From the NCBI GenBank assembly GCA_035400585.1, contig DAOMZR010000001.1, positions 191,347-255,346 of the forward strand: a stretch of DNA of 64,000 nt, given 5' to 3'. This document shows positions 8,701 through 18,144 of this stretch, piece by piece. The translations under genes were made by a program, and so were the position numbers. The notes below the pieces were generated by a model. That model made no database searches and had not been told where the DNA came from. It worked only from the letters and a program-made list of their open reading frames with translations. The DNA is from a bacterium (GTDB lineage Bacteria > Patescibacteriota > Patescibacteriia > Patescibacteriales > UBA12465). Positions within the stretch are counted from its first letter, which is position 1; every line of letters begins with the position of its first letter.

Positions 8701-10758
8701 CTAAAAACTAGTTGTTCCAACTAATATTTCATCTTGTTTATCTTTATCCAGGTCATCAATCATTATTCTTAAGCCAGAAGTAAAATCATTTTCGTAAGCC
8801 ATAAAAGAATTAATATTTTTTCCATCTTTATTGAAAATTTTAACTTCTGGTGATCTGCCTGGTCCAGGAACGGTTATAATTTCCTTTTTTCCATCACCAT
8901 CAACATCGCCGGTTGATATTGAAACACCACCTCTAAAACCTTGCTCATAAGCAAAAAAGCCACCAATAAGAGGTTTGCCATCTTTATTAAAAACTCTAAT
9001 ATGAGGACCACCGCCAACACCAGCTGCTGTTATTATCTCTTGTGTTTTATCACCATCTAAATCCATAACAGCCACTCTAACACCACCTCTAAAATTTTTA
9101 TCATAAGCAAAAAAGCCACCAATAAGAGGTTTGCCATCTTTATTAAAAACTCTAACATGAGGACCACCACCTTGACCAGCACCGGTTATTATTTCTTTTG
9201 TTTTATCACCATCTAAATCAGCCACAGCAAAAGAAATTTCACCAGTAAATTTTCCATCATAAGGTTTAAATTCTTTTATTTTTTGATTGTTTTTGTATAT
9301 GGAAATAATGCCTTTACTGTTAACCAAGGTTTCGTCTTGTCCGTCATTATCTATATCGCTAATAAGTATTTGTGAATTGGCTGGCTGATTATCAATGTAG
9401 GCAAAAAATCCGGAACGACTCTGTTGGCCTTTGCTATTAAAAACTCTGATGAAATCACCATTATTAAAACTACTATTTCTAATTGTAGCAATTGACGAAG
9501 TTCTTTTAAGCAAAACAACAGCGTCATTTGGTTTTATTTTCACAAAATTAATAATAGTTCCATTATTAACAGTTCTGTCTTGTGTTCCGTTTATTTTTTC
9601 AAATTCTTCTTGTTTAAAAACATATACTTGTTCTTTATCGGTTGAATTAAGAATAACCGCTCCATTTTCAAAGTTTCTTCGCCATAAACTATTTTTATAT
9701 ATAGTGTTTCCTTTGTTCAGTAAATCATAAGCATCTGATTGGGCTTTGCCCAAACTAACATCATATTCATCATACCACCAAACCTGGCCATGACTAGAAA
9801 CGTTATAATCAAAACTAAAATAACCATGACTCTCCATCATGGCACTAGCCAAGCCAAATCTCATCTTTTGATAACTTTGCCTGCCATCATAAGAATTAAT
9901 TATAGTCATCTTTGGGTTGTTGTTTTTGTCGCCAATATTAGAATAAGTCGATAAAATACCACTCCAATTACCATTACTCTCCCAAGAAGCAGGAAAGCCT
10001 TCAAACATCACACCATTCAAGAGACTTTGATAGCCATCATAAACTTTGCCATTGCCAACAATTAAGTATTTAGAACCAATCAATTCTCTAGTTTTCTTTA
10101 ACATTTTTTTTACACCTTCTGACCAAGCATAGTTAACATCTTTTATTGAGTCACCCTGTCTATCATTATTAGCATCAAAATCTCCTCGAACCCAAGCTAT
10201 ATCGCCCCAAACATTATCATAAAAAACACCATCCCATAAACCAGTTGAAATTATTTCCCTACTAACAAATTCCGGGAGATAATCATTCCATCTTTGACCA
10301 CGAGAATTAGTACCAGCCCCGTCGGTAATATTTAAAAGATTTGTTCCTTCCCAAAAAGTTGTCCGATAACCGTCTTTGTTTTTTAACCACCAAGAATCAA
10401 CAATGTTATCAACCAATTTTTTTCTTAAAGTAGCGTTATGACTCCATTCGCTAGAATAAATATTAGCATTAGCTTCTTGAGATGTTATGTATGCCAAAAT
10501 TACTATATCGGGATTTAATTCTCTTATTTTTTTTAAATTTTCTCGACTATTAACCTGAACCTCCATGTCTAATACAAGAAGATCCCATTTGGCCAGCTCT
10601 TTCACTTCGTAATCAGCTATAGTCCATTTTAAAAAATAGTTGGCTATTTTAGGATAAATATTTTTTTCATAAACAGCTTCCGTCTTTTGAGGAATTAAAA
10701 AAGTAAAAGCAAAAAGCAATATTAAAAAAATATTTGTTTTTCTTAAATATTTGTTCAT
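8701..10758 (-). CDS. Secreted glycoside-hydrolase-like TIM-barrel domain (GHL15/GH114-like) fused to C-terminal FG-GAP/VCBS repeats
   Basis: Signal peptide. N-terminal KIANYFLKW...LAKWDLLVLDME...NPDIVILAYI pattern. C-terminal repeats DLDGDKTxEIITxAGxGGGPHxRVFNKDGKPLIGGFFAY. Confidence 0.6.
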   Translation of the reverse strand: MNKYLRKTNIFLILLFAFTFLIPQKTEAVYEKNIYPKIANYFLKWTIADYEVKELAKWDLLVLDMEVQVNSRENLKKIRELNPDIVILAYITSQEANANIYSSEWSHNATLRKKLVDNIVDSWWLKNKDGYRTTFWEGTNLLNITDGAGTNSRGQRWNDYLPEFVSREIISTGLWDGVFYDNVWGDIAWVRGDFDANNDRQGDSIKDVNYAWSEGVKKMLKKTRELIGSKYLIVGNGKVYDGYQSLLNGVMFEGFPASWESNGNWSGILSTYSNIGDKNNNPKMTIINSYDGRQSYQKMRFGLASAMMESHGYFSFDYNVSSHGQVWWYDEYDVSLGKAQSDAYDLLNKGNTIYKNSLWRRNFENGAVILNSTDKEQVYVFKQEEFEKINGTQDRTVNNGTIINFVKIKPNDAVVLLKRTSSIATIRNSSFNNGDFIRVFNSKGQQSRSGFFAYIDNQPANSQILISDIDNDGQDETLVNSKGIISIYKNNQKIKEFKPYDGKFTGEISFAVADLDGDKTKEIITGAGQGGGPHVRVFNKDGKPLIGGFFAYDKNFRGGVRVAVMDLDGDKTQEIITAAGVGGGPHIRVFNKDGKPLIGGFFAYEQGFRGGVSISTGDVDGDGKKEIITVPGPGRSPEVKIFNKDGKNINSFMAYENDFTSGLRIMIDDLDKDKQDEILVGTTSF
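8908..9219 (-). repeat. Two near-identical tandem 156-bp coding repeats (FG-GAP units)
   Basis: Long shared DNA strings, e.g. cataagcaaaaaagccaccaataagaggtttgccatctttattaaaaactcta, occur twice. Period is 52 codons. Confidence 0.85.
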
Positions 10759-10881
10759 TTCTATATAATTTCCTTTAATTTTTTATCAGTTGATAATAAC
10801 ACATTTATAAAAAAAAGTCAACAGAAAACTACTCTTTAGCCTCTGTTTATTATATTAAAAGTGTTTTTTTGGGAATATTGA

Positions 10882-11802
10882 TTAAAAATTTACCTCCATT
10901 AAGCTTATTTCTGGTAAATTTAGAAACCTTAGGGGTAAAGCAACATTACCAATTCCGGGTGTTATAAATAAATTAATATTATTAATATTATAAAAACCTT
11001 TATCGAAACCGTATTCACTAGGTATTATTTTTTTATAAATAATAGGCAATCTTATTTGTCCGGCATGAGTATGTCCAGAAATCATTAAATCTATTTTTTT
11101 TGCATTATTTAGATTTGATACTTCATAAACAGAATCGGGATTATGACTTAATAAAATTCTTAGTGAAGCCCCACTCTCACTATTATCAGAATTTAAAACT
11201 GAGTAATCAGGATTACCAACCCAGATATCGGCTAAGCCAATAAATTCTATTCTTTTGTTGTTAATTTCTAAAACTTTAGTTTTATTATCAATCATTAACA
11301 CTCCTGCTTTTTCGAGAGAAGACGTTATTCTTTGTGAAATATTATTTTCTTCCCTACCATAATCATGATTTCCCAAAACTGCTAATTTAGGAGCTTCTAT
11401 CCTACTTAAAATTGAAAAATAATCATTTAATTTTTCTTCATCAGCAAAATAAACAAAATCACCTGGAATAAGAACTAAATCGGGATTAATCTTATCAATT
11501 TTTTTTACAACCCTATCAAGAATTTTTTTCTCATTATAAACACCAATATGAATATCTGAAAAAATAATTACTTTTAATTTATTATCAGGATTTTCTAAGT
11601 TAAAATTATATTTTTTAGTTATTAACAAATTTGGTTCAATAAATCTAGACCAAATTAAAAATAAACTTATTGTTAATAAAATTATTATTTCAAAAGTTAT
11701 TTTTTTATTTGTTCTTTTTTTTGTTAACCAAATTAACAAAATAATCAGAGGAAAAATTAAGTAGAAGCTATAATATATTAAGCTTAAAAAAACTTTTGTC
11801 AT
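10882..11802 (-). CDS. Membrane-anchored calcineurin-like metallophosphoesterase (YkuE-type)
   Basis: IFSDIHIG, PGDFV, GNHDY and SGHTHAGQ motifs after N-terminal TM helices. Confidence 0.8.
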   Translation of the reverse strand: MTKVFLSLIYYSFYLIFPLIILLIWLTKKRTNKKITFEIIILLTISLFLIWSRFIEPNLLITKKYNFNLENPDNKLKVIIFSDIHIGVYNEKKILDRVVKKIDKINPDLVLIPGDFVYFADEEKLNDYFSILSRIEAPKLAVLGNHDYGREENNISQRITSSLEKAGVLMIDNKTKVLEINNKRIEFIGLADIWVGNPDYSVLNSDNSESGASLRILLSHNPDSVYEVSNLNNAKKIDLMISGHTHAGQIRLPIIYKKIIPSEYGFDKGFYNINNINLFITPGIGNVALPLRFLNLPEISLMEVNF

Positions 11803-11806
11803 TTAT

Positions 11807-13057
11807 TTATTTCAAGGAAATTTTATCCATACCAGTTGGTAAAAATTTTTTTAAAACATCTGGTATTAAAATACTTCCATCGGATTGTTGGTTTTGTTCT
11901 AAAATGGCTGGTAATAATCTAGAAGTTGCCAAGCCTGATCCATTTAAAGTATGCAAAAAAGCATTTTTTCCATCCTTGTCTTTAAATCTCATATTGCCTC
12001 TTCGACATTGATAATCCAAGGCATTTGAAACTGAACTAACTTCTTTATAAATACCCATACTAGGAATCCAAACCTCTAAATCAATGGTTTTAGCCATAGC
12101 AGAGCTACAATCACCAGCAGCTAAATCGCTTATTTGAAAATGCAAACCAAGTCCTTCAAGAAGTTTTGTGGCTTGACTTTTCATTTCTTCAAAGGCTTTC
12201 CAAGAATCTTCTGGTTTTACATATTGAAACATTTCAATTTTATTAAATTGATGACCGCGAATCATACCTCTTTCCTCCTGGCGATAGCTACCAGCTTCTC
12301 TTCTAAAACAAGGTGAATAGGCAAAATATTTTAAAGGTAAATCCTCTTCTTTCAGTATTTCATCACGATGATAATTCCCCAACATCATCTCGGCGGTTGC
12401 ATTAAGACATAAACCATCTTCAACCCAAAATAAATCATCTCTAAATTTCGGCATGTGGCCAGAAGCATAGGCAGATGCTTCGTTTAATAAAAATGGAGGA
12501 ATTAAAAATGTATAATTGTTCTTTGTATGGAAGTCTATAAAATAATTAAGCAAAGCCCATTCGAGTAGTGCACCTTGACCTTTGTAAGCCCAAAAACCAG
12601 AACCCGACATTTTAACAGCCCTTTTATAATCAATGATGTCAAGATTTTCGGCTAATTCAACATGATCTTTAGGTTTAAAATCAAAATTAGGTTTTTCTTT
12701 AAAAGTGTAAGACACTTTATTGTTTTCTTTACCACCAGCAACAACTTCTGGCGCCACAATATTCGGCAGTGATAACATTTTTTCATTTAATTCTTTTTCT
12801 ACCGATTCTAATTCTTCCTCTAATTTTTTGATATCAAGATTGCTTTGTTTTATTTTTTCTATCGTCTCTTGATCAGGTTTAGCTTTTGATAATTTATTTT
12901 TTTCAGCTTTTAAGCTTTCTACCTTAGGAATCAATTCTTTTCTCTTATCATCCAATAAAACTATTTCATCCAAGCCAAGACTAACCTCTCCTAATCTTTT
13001 CTTAAGAGCTGTTTCAACTTCTTTTCTATCTTCTCTTATTTTTTTAATGTCTAACAT
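11807..13057 (-). CDS. serS: Seryl-tRNA synthetase
   Basis: N-terminal coiled-coil arm. Class II core with FRREAGS..RGMIRGHQFNKIEMF and GSGLATSRLLPAILE. Confidence 0.95.
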   Translation of the reverse strand: MLDIKKIREDRKEVETALKKRLGEVSLGLDEIVLLDDKRKELIPKVESLKAEKNKLSKAKPDQETIEKIKQSNLDIKKLEEELESVEKELNEKMLSLPNIVAPEVVAGGKENNKVSYTFKEKPNFDFKPKDHVELAENLDIIDYKRAVKMSGSGFWAYKGQGALLEWALLNYFIDFHTKNNYTFLIPPFLLNEASAYASGHMPKFRDDLFWVEDGLCLNATAEMMLGNYHRDEILKEEDLPLKYFAYSPCFRREAGSYRQEERGMIRGHQFNKIEMFQYVKPEDSWKAFEEMKSQATKLLEGLGLHFQISDLAAGDCSSAMAKTIDLEVWIPSMGIYKEVSSVSNALDYQCRRGNMRFKDKDGKNAFLHTLNGSGLATSRLLPAILEQNQQSDGSILIPDVLKKFLPTGMDKISLK

Positions 13058-13061
13058 ATTT

Positions 13062-14651
13062 TTAATTAATTATTTGCCCACCAAAAGATTTTAAAAGATT
13101 TTCTATGGTTTCATTGGAAGAGCCTAAATTATTACTATTATTATTTAAATTTTCATCAATTAAAGCTTCTATTGATAAATCGCTTTTATAAACATCTTTT
13201 AATATTTTACTGACAATATTTCTTATCTCTGGATTATCCAAACGATCTTTGTGTAATTTATATTTAAACGATAAACAAATTTTGTTATCATTTACTGAAT
13301 TTATCTGACAGGACTGCATTACAAAGGATAGTGAATGATTGTGTGGTTTTAATTTCATTAGAAATTCTGGCCAAAGCTCTAATATTTTATTAAGATTTAA
13401 AGAATTGTTTTCGGTCATTGAAGAATCTAAAGCAATGCTCTCTTTCTCAGTTTTTTTTTCATCTTTTTTTTCATCGCTATTTTCTTTTTTGAAAGATTTT
13501 TCTGAACTAGAGGAAATAATTTTTTTTTCACTAATCAATTTATTTTCTTTATTTAAACTGTTTTCACAGAAATCAATTATGCTTATTTCTATTGGCATCT
13601 GAGGTATGAAATGATTATTTATTTCCCTCAAATTTTCCAAAAATCTTTCACTTAAAAAAATTAAATCATTGATTGAAAATTCTGAGCTTAAATCACTTAT
13701 TTTAATTTCCATTTTTTCCGATAGATCAAGTCCAAGAGTTGTAGATAAGGAATTATTAACCTTTGTTAAAATTATCTTTCTAAGAAGCTCTACTAAATCA
13801 GTCAAAAATAATTTAAGATTTATCCCATTAAAAAAAAGATTGTTTATAAGTTCTATCGCTGATGCACCATCTTTCTTTGATAAGTGTTTTAAAAAATTTA
13901 TATTTTCCTCCAAATTGTTATAAGGTATAACCAAGCTAGCACTGGTCATATCAATTTTTTCATCAGAAATAGACATAATTTGACTAAGCAAGCTCTCAGC
14001 ATCCCTCAAGTGTCCCTCTGATTTAGTTGCAATTAGTTCCAATACTTCCCTGTCAGCTTCTATTTTTTCTTTTTTAAGTATATTCTCTAACTTCAAAATC
14101 ATGTCCGAAGCGCTGATCTTTTTAAAATCAAATCTTTCACAACGAGAAACAATTGTTAATGGAATTTTATAAGCTTCGGTAGTACAAAGTATAAAGATAA
14201 CATTTTTTGGTGGCTCTTCTAATGTTTTTAATAAGGCATTAAAAGCTGACAAAGAAAGCATGTGTACTTCGTCAATTATAAAAACCTTGTATTTATTATC
14301 AGTAGATATTACTCGACTAAGAGAAATAATATTTTCTCTAACATTATCAACACCGGTATTACTAGCAGCATCAATTTCAATAACATCTAAATTACTGAAA
14401 TTATTTATACTATTACAAGCTTCGCAATCATTACATGGTTCATATTCATCCTTTTTTCTTTTTTTACAGTTAATAGACTTAGCTAAAACTCTAGCTAATG
14501 TTGTTTTTCCAACAGCTCTTGGTCCACAAAACAAATAAGCATGCGCAATCTTTTCATGTAAGATTTCGTTTTGTAAGGTAATTTTTATGTTGTTTTGCCC
14601 TAAAATTTCAGAAAATCTTTGAGGCCTATACTTCTGATATAATACTGCCAT
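13062..14651 (-). CDS. dnaX: DNA polymerase III subunit gamma/tau
   Basis: YRPQRFSEILGQ, Walker A GPRAVGKTT, zinc module CKKRKKDEYEPCNDCEAC, and DEVHML. Confidence 0.93.
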   Translation of the reverse strand: MAVLYQKYRPQRFSEILGQNNIKITLQNEILHEKIAHAYLFCGPRAVGKTTLARVLAKSINCKKRKKDEYEPCNDCEACNSINNFSNLDVIEIDAASNTGVDNVRENIISLSRVISTDNKYKVFIIDEVHMLSLSAFNALLKTLEEPPKNVIFILCTTEAYKIPLTIVSRCERFDFKKISASDMILKLENILKKEKIEADREVLELIATKSEGHLRDAESLLSQIMSISDEKIDMTSASLVIPYNNLEENINFLKHLSKKDGASAIELINNLFFNGINLKLFLTDLVELLRKIILTKVNNSLSTTLGLDLSEKMEIKISDLSSEFSINDLIFLSERFLENLREINNHFIPQMPIEISIIDFCENSLNKENKLISEKKIISSSSEKSFKKENSDEKKDEKKTEKESIALDSSMTENNSLNLNKILELWPEFLMKLKPHNHSLSFVMQSCQINSVNDNKICLSFKYKLHKDRLDNPEIRNIVSKILKDVYKSDLSIEALIDENLNNNSNNLGSSNETIENLLKSFGGQIIN

Positions 14652-14657
14652 AATTTA

Positions 14658-16109
14658 TTATCTTGTAGCTCCAGAATAGGTTATCGCTTGCATTATATTC
14701 CAATCTTCTGTAGTTTCTGGTAATTTTTCAAAAATTTCTTTAAAAATTTCAATTCCCTTTTTTTCACTGTTTAAATTTCTGTTTTCTGCTCTCTGTCTTA
14801 AACCGTAGGCCATTATTTTTACGGCTGACATATCATTAACATTATTTTCATTAGCCTCTCTATTATAAACGAGTTCAAACATTTCTCTAGCTCTTAATTC
14901 GGCTTCTTCGTTATAGTTTTCAGGCCAACGACCATTAGCTATTTTTATAGCATCAGCTAATTCTTGCCCACTTTCTGGCAACTTTCCATAAGCATTTTGA
15001 AATGAATGAATAACAGCGGCCCTCTCTCCTTCACCTAATTTTTTAGTATTTTCATCTACTCCATAGGTTACAAAACTATTGATAGCATTTCTGGCTTCTT
15101 CGCTAATTTTACTCATTTCGGTTATTAAAGATTTTAAATGAGTGATTTGAGCTTGCTGTTCTTTAATTATGTTTCTTAATTCTCTAAGTTCATTTAAAAT
15201 TTGTTCTAAATTATTACTTATCAAAAGACTAGCTTTTTCTTCTATTTTTTCTATCATCTGATCGCTTGTGCTTGATTTGCATTCTCCTTCATAAGCGACT
15301 ACTTGACCATATTGTTTTTCAGCAACACAACGATTAGAATATGTTTTACCATTTTTAGCACAAACTGGTGCATATTCTAATGTACAAGCTACAGCCTCTG
15401 TATTTTTATCGGCCAAGGATATTTTTACTTGATTACTGTAAACACCACATTTTCCACCTAAATATTCACAAACTCTAACATAATAAGTTCCGGCACCATC
15501 AAAAGCTTCTAGGGTGTCAGAATTTTTATTTGGCTCTGTAAAATAGTGATATCTATCTTTATCTCTTAAAGGATAGGTTGGCCCTTCATTCTTTGACCAA
15601 ACCACTTTAAATCCTTGATCGGAATAACCATTAGTTATCCAATATATTTTAGAGCCATCCACCTTTAAAGTAATTGAATTTACTCCATCCTCTTCTTCGT
15701 TGTCATCACCTGTGTTAGTTTCTCCTAAATAAACTTTTACTTGATTACTGTAAACACCACATTTTCCACCTAAATATTCGCAAACTCTAACATAGTAGTT
15801 TCCATCGCCTTTAAAAGCTTCTAAAACATCTGAATTTTTATTTGGCTCTGTAAAATAGTGATATTTATCACCGCTCCTTAAAGGATAAGTTGGTCCTTCG
15901 TTTTTTGACCAAACCACTTTAAATCCTTGATCGGAATAACCATTAGTTGTCCAATATATTTTAGATCCATCTGCTTTCAAAGTTATCGATTCCACCTCTC
16001 CGCTGTCTTGTGTTTCATCGACATAAATTGCCCTAGCTTGACTAGCTAAAAAAAGTCCGAAAATGAAAAAAACAGCCAAACCAGAATACATAATTTTTTT
16101 TGTATTCAT
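14658..16109 (-). CDS. Secreted protein: two tandem ~87-aa Cys-containing modules, a Kazal-type domain and a helical C-terminal domain
   Basis: Signal peptide ...ASQARA. Duplicated ITLKxDGSKIYWxTNGYSDQGFKVVWSKNEGPTYPLR...YYVRVCEYLGGKCGVYSNQVK. Kazal-like CTLEYAPVCAKNGKTYSNRCVAEKQYGQVVAYEGEC. Confidence 0.7.
   Translation of the reverse strand: MNTKKIMYSGLAVFFIFGLFLASQARAIYVDETQDSGEVESITLKADGSKIYWTTNGYSDQGFKVVWSKNEGPTYPLRSGDKYHYFTEPNKNSDVLEAFKGDGNYYVRVCEYLGGKCGVYSNQVKVYLGETNTGDDNEEEDGVNSITLKVDGSKIYWITNGYSDQGFKVVWSKNEGPTYPLRDKDRYHYFTEPNKNSDTLEAFDGAGTYYVRVCEYLGGKCGVYSNQVKISLADKNTEAVACTLEYAPVCAKNGKTYSNRCVAEKQYGQVVAYEGECKSSTSDQMIEKIEEKASLLISNNLEQILNELRELRNIIKEQQAQITHLKSLITEMSKISEEARNAINSFVTYGVDENTKKLGEGERAAVIHSFQNAYGKLPESGQELADAIKIANGRWPENYNEEAELRAREMFELVYNREANENNVNDMSAVKIMAYGLRQRAENRNLNSEKKGIEIFKEIFEKLPETTEDWNIMQAITYSGATR
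15417..15989 (-). repeat. Intragenic tandem duplication (312-bp period) encoding the two ~87-aa modules
   Basis: aa 41-127 and aa 145-231 are about 85% identical. DNA strings such as ccttgatcggaataaccattagtt recur. Confidence 0.85.
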
Positions 16110-16220
16110 ACACGTTTTAATCTCTTAACCTTAAAAATTAAAAGATTTTAATTAATAATAATTATCTCATTTTTCATTATAACAATTTTAAAAATATACG
16201 TAAAGAAGAAAAAAACTTGT

Positions 16221-16249
16221 TTGACTATAATTATCCTTTAAATTATACT
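16221..16249 (+). promoter_or_regulatory. Sigma-70-type promoter TTGACT-17-TATACT for the thioredoxin/CcdA gene
   Basis: TTGACT 16221-16226, TATACT 16244-16249. ATG lies 21 nt after the -10 element, implying a ~14-nt 5'UTR without an SD motif. Confidence 0.5.
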
Positions 16250-16270
16250 ATAATTATTACAAAAAAATAA

Positions 16271-17422
16271 ATGAAAGAATTTATGAACAAATTGATAAAA
16301 AATTTTTTTATTTTTGCTATATTAGGCTTGATTTTGTTTGGATTTAACACTAATCAAGCAAAAGCCACTAATAAATTTGATCAAAACCAACAAAAAACAG
16401 AAATTCTATTTTTTGGCAGTCCAACTTGTCCTCACTGTTCGGCTGAAAAAGAGTTTTTAAAAAAAATTAGACTAAAATATCCAGATGTAATTATTAAAGA
16501 ATATGAATTTTCTAAAAATTTAGATTTAATAGAAGGATTGTATAACGAACATCAAGTAGCTCAAGGACAAAGAGGTTTAGTCCCAGCAACTTTTATAAAT
16601 GGTACTTTTTTTCTTGGTTTCAATGAAAATACTGGAAAAGAAATAGAAAAGCAAATTCAAGGACTAGAAGTTCAGGGATCAACATCCATGATAAAAATAC
16701 CTTTCGTAGGAGAAGTTGATGTTTTTAAATATTCCATGCCAGTACTAGCCATAATACTAGGAGTTATAGATGGATTTAATGTTTGTTCATTGGGAGCATT
16801 GGTTATAATTTTAGGCTTAGTAATGATTTTAAGATCCAGAAAAAGAATATTATTCTTAGGAGGAACTTTTATTTTAGTAACAGCCCTAACTTATGGCCTC
16901 TTAATCTTTTTGTGGCATCAATTTTTTGTATTTATTTCACCCTACATTAAAATCATGGAAATACTTATAGCCTTGCTTTCTATTGTTGGCGGAATATATC
17001 TTTTAAGAGAATTTATAAAATCTTTAAAGGAAGGACCCAATTGTTCTTCTGGTGGAATAATCGCCAAACTTAGTCCTAAGGTAGAAAAAATATTTGCCAA
17101 TAAAAAAAGTTTAATTATTTTACTAGGAGTTGTTGCTCTTTTTGCTCTAGCAATAACTATAATTGAGTTTCCTTGTTCCGCTTTTTTACCAATGCTTTTT
17201 GCCAGTCTACTAGCAGAAAGTCAATTTAATTTAGGAACAAGTATAACATACATGGCTTTGTTTCTTTTGTTTTACATGCTAGACGAAATTATTATATTTT
17301 TAGTAGCGTTTTTTACTTTAAGAATAAAAATTATATCACCTAAATTTGTAAATGCTTTTAATTTAATAGCTGCTCTTATTTTCTTATTCCTGGGTTGTTT
17401 TTATCTAGCTAGAATATTTTAA
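16271..17422 (+). CDS. Thioredoxin-fold domain (CPHC) fused to a CcdA/DsbD-like transmembrane thiol-disulfide transporter
   Basis: Signal/TM, then FFGSPTCPHCSAEKEFL. The following polytopic domain has IDGFNVCSLGAL and IEFPCSAFLP Cys-containing helices. Confidence 0.65.
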   Translation: MKEFMNKLIKNFFIFAILGLILFGFNTNQAKATNKFDQNQQKTEILFFGSPTCPHCSAEKEFLKKIRLKYPDVIIKEYEFSKNLDLIEGLYNEHQVAQGQRGLVPATFINGTFFLGFNENTGKEIEKQIQGLEVQGSTSMIKIPFVGEVDVFKYSMPVLAIILGVIDGFNVCSLGALVIILGLVMILRSRKRILFLGGTFILVTALTYGLLIFLWHQFFVFISPYIKIMEILIALLSIVGGIYLLREFIKSLKEGPNCSSGGIIAKLSPKVEKIFANKKSLIILLGVVALFALAITIIEFPCSAFLPMLFASLLAESQFNLGTSITYMALFLLFYMLDEIIIFLVAFFTLRIKIISPKFVNAFNLIAALIFLFLGCFYLARIF

Positions 17423-17488
17423 TCTTGATTTTAATTTAAAAATATTGTAGAGTAGTAAGTTCTCAAGAACCTTAAAAATAGAATAGTA

Positions 17489-18040
17489 ATGAAAAATCTG
17501 AAAAGAAAGATTGCTTTGTTTTTGGAGTGTTTTTTAAATTGGAAGATTAAAGCAGATATTGATTACGATATCGAAAAAACACATATTTACTTTTGCTTAT
17601 CTTTCGGTTATCAGAAAAACAATCCAGGAACAAGTAATCAAGAATTAGCTCTTTTTTTGGAAAAATATTATTTACAAAAAAGAGCGATAATAGTTGCACA
17701 AAAAGAAATAGCTGAGGTTTTACCAGAAGTATTAGTAAATTTTGTAATCAGCAAACATCAAAAAAGCGACAAATACTTAGATACTTTTGAAGTTTGCCGG
17801 CAATGCTTCAATTATTGTAGAGATATAAATTTGAAAAAAATTTTAATTTTTGTTCACCCTCATCACGTCTGGAGAACAAAAAAAACTTTAGAAAAATTTG
17901 GCATGGATGTTTTCGTAGCTGACACCACTGGTTGTCCATATGATCCCGAATCAGCACAAATATGGACCAGAACAAAATTGTTTTTTATACCCAGGGAGCT
18001 GCTTACAAGATTGTACTATCTTTTTTCTGGAAAAATTTGA
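17489..18040 (+). CDS. Hypothetical protein, possibly DUF218/YdcF-like
   Basis: Weak resemblance only (GTSNQELA..., STFEV..., HPHHVWRTKKTLEKFG). Confidence 0.35.
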   Translation: MKNLKRKIALFLECFLNWKIKADIDYDIEKTHIYFCLSFGYQKNNPGTSNQELALFLEKYYLQKRAIIVAQKEIAEVLPEVLVNFVISKHQKSDKYLDTFEVCRQCFNYCRDINLKKILIFVHPHHVWRTKKTLEKFGMDVFVADTTGCPYDPESAQIWTRTKLFFIPRELLTRLYYLFSGKI

Positions 18041-18047
18041 ATGTAAT

Positions 18048-18075
18048 TAAACCTAATTTTTATTAGGTTTTTTTA
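18048..18075 (+). terminator. Rho-independent terminator
   Basis: aacctaat-tttt-attaggtt followed by a T-run. Confidence 0.65.
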
Positions 18076-18144
18076 TTAATATTTGATTTTTACTATAAAA
18101 TAATAAATACTATAGATATAAAAAAGATTTACAAATCTAAATTT

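Noticed and set aside
8908-9219. Periodic near-identical DNA repeats (also at 15417-15989) considered as a possible CRISPR or satellite array
   Set aside because: The periods (156 and 312 bp) are multiples of three and in frame within long ORFs. They encode FG-GAP units and duplicated protein modules. There is no repeat-spacer architecture.
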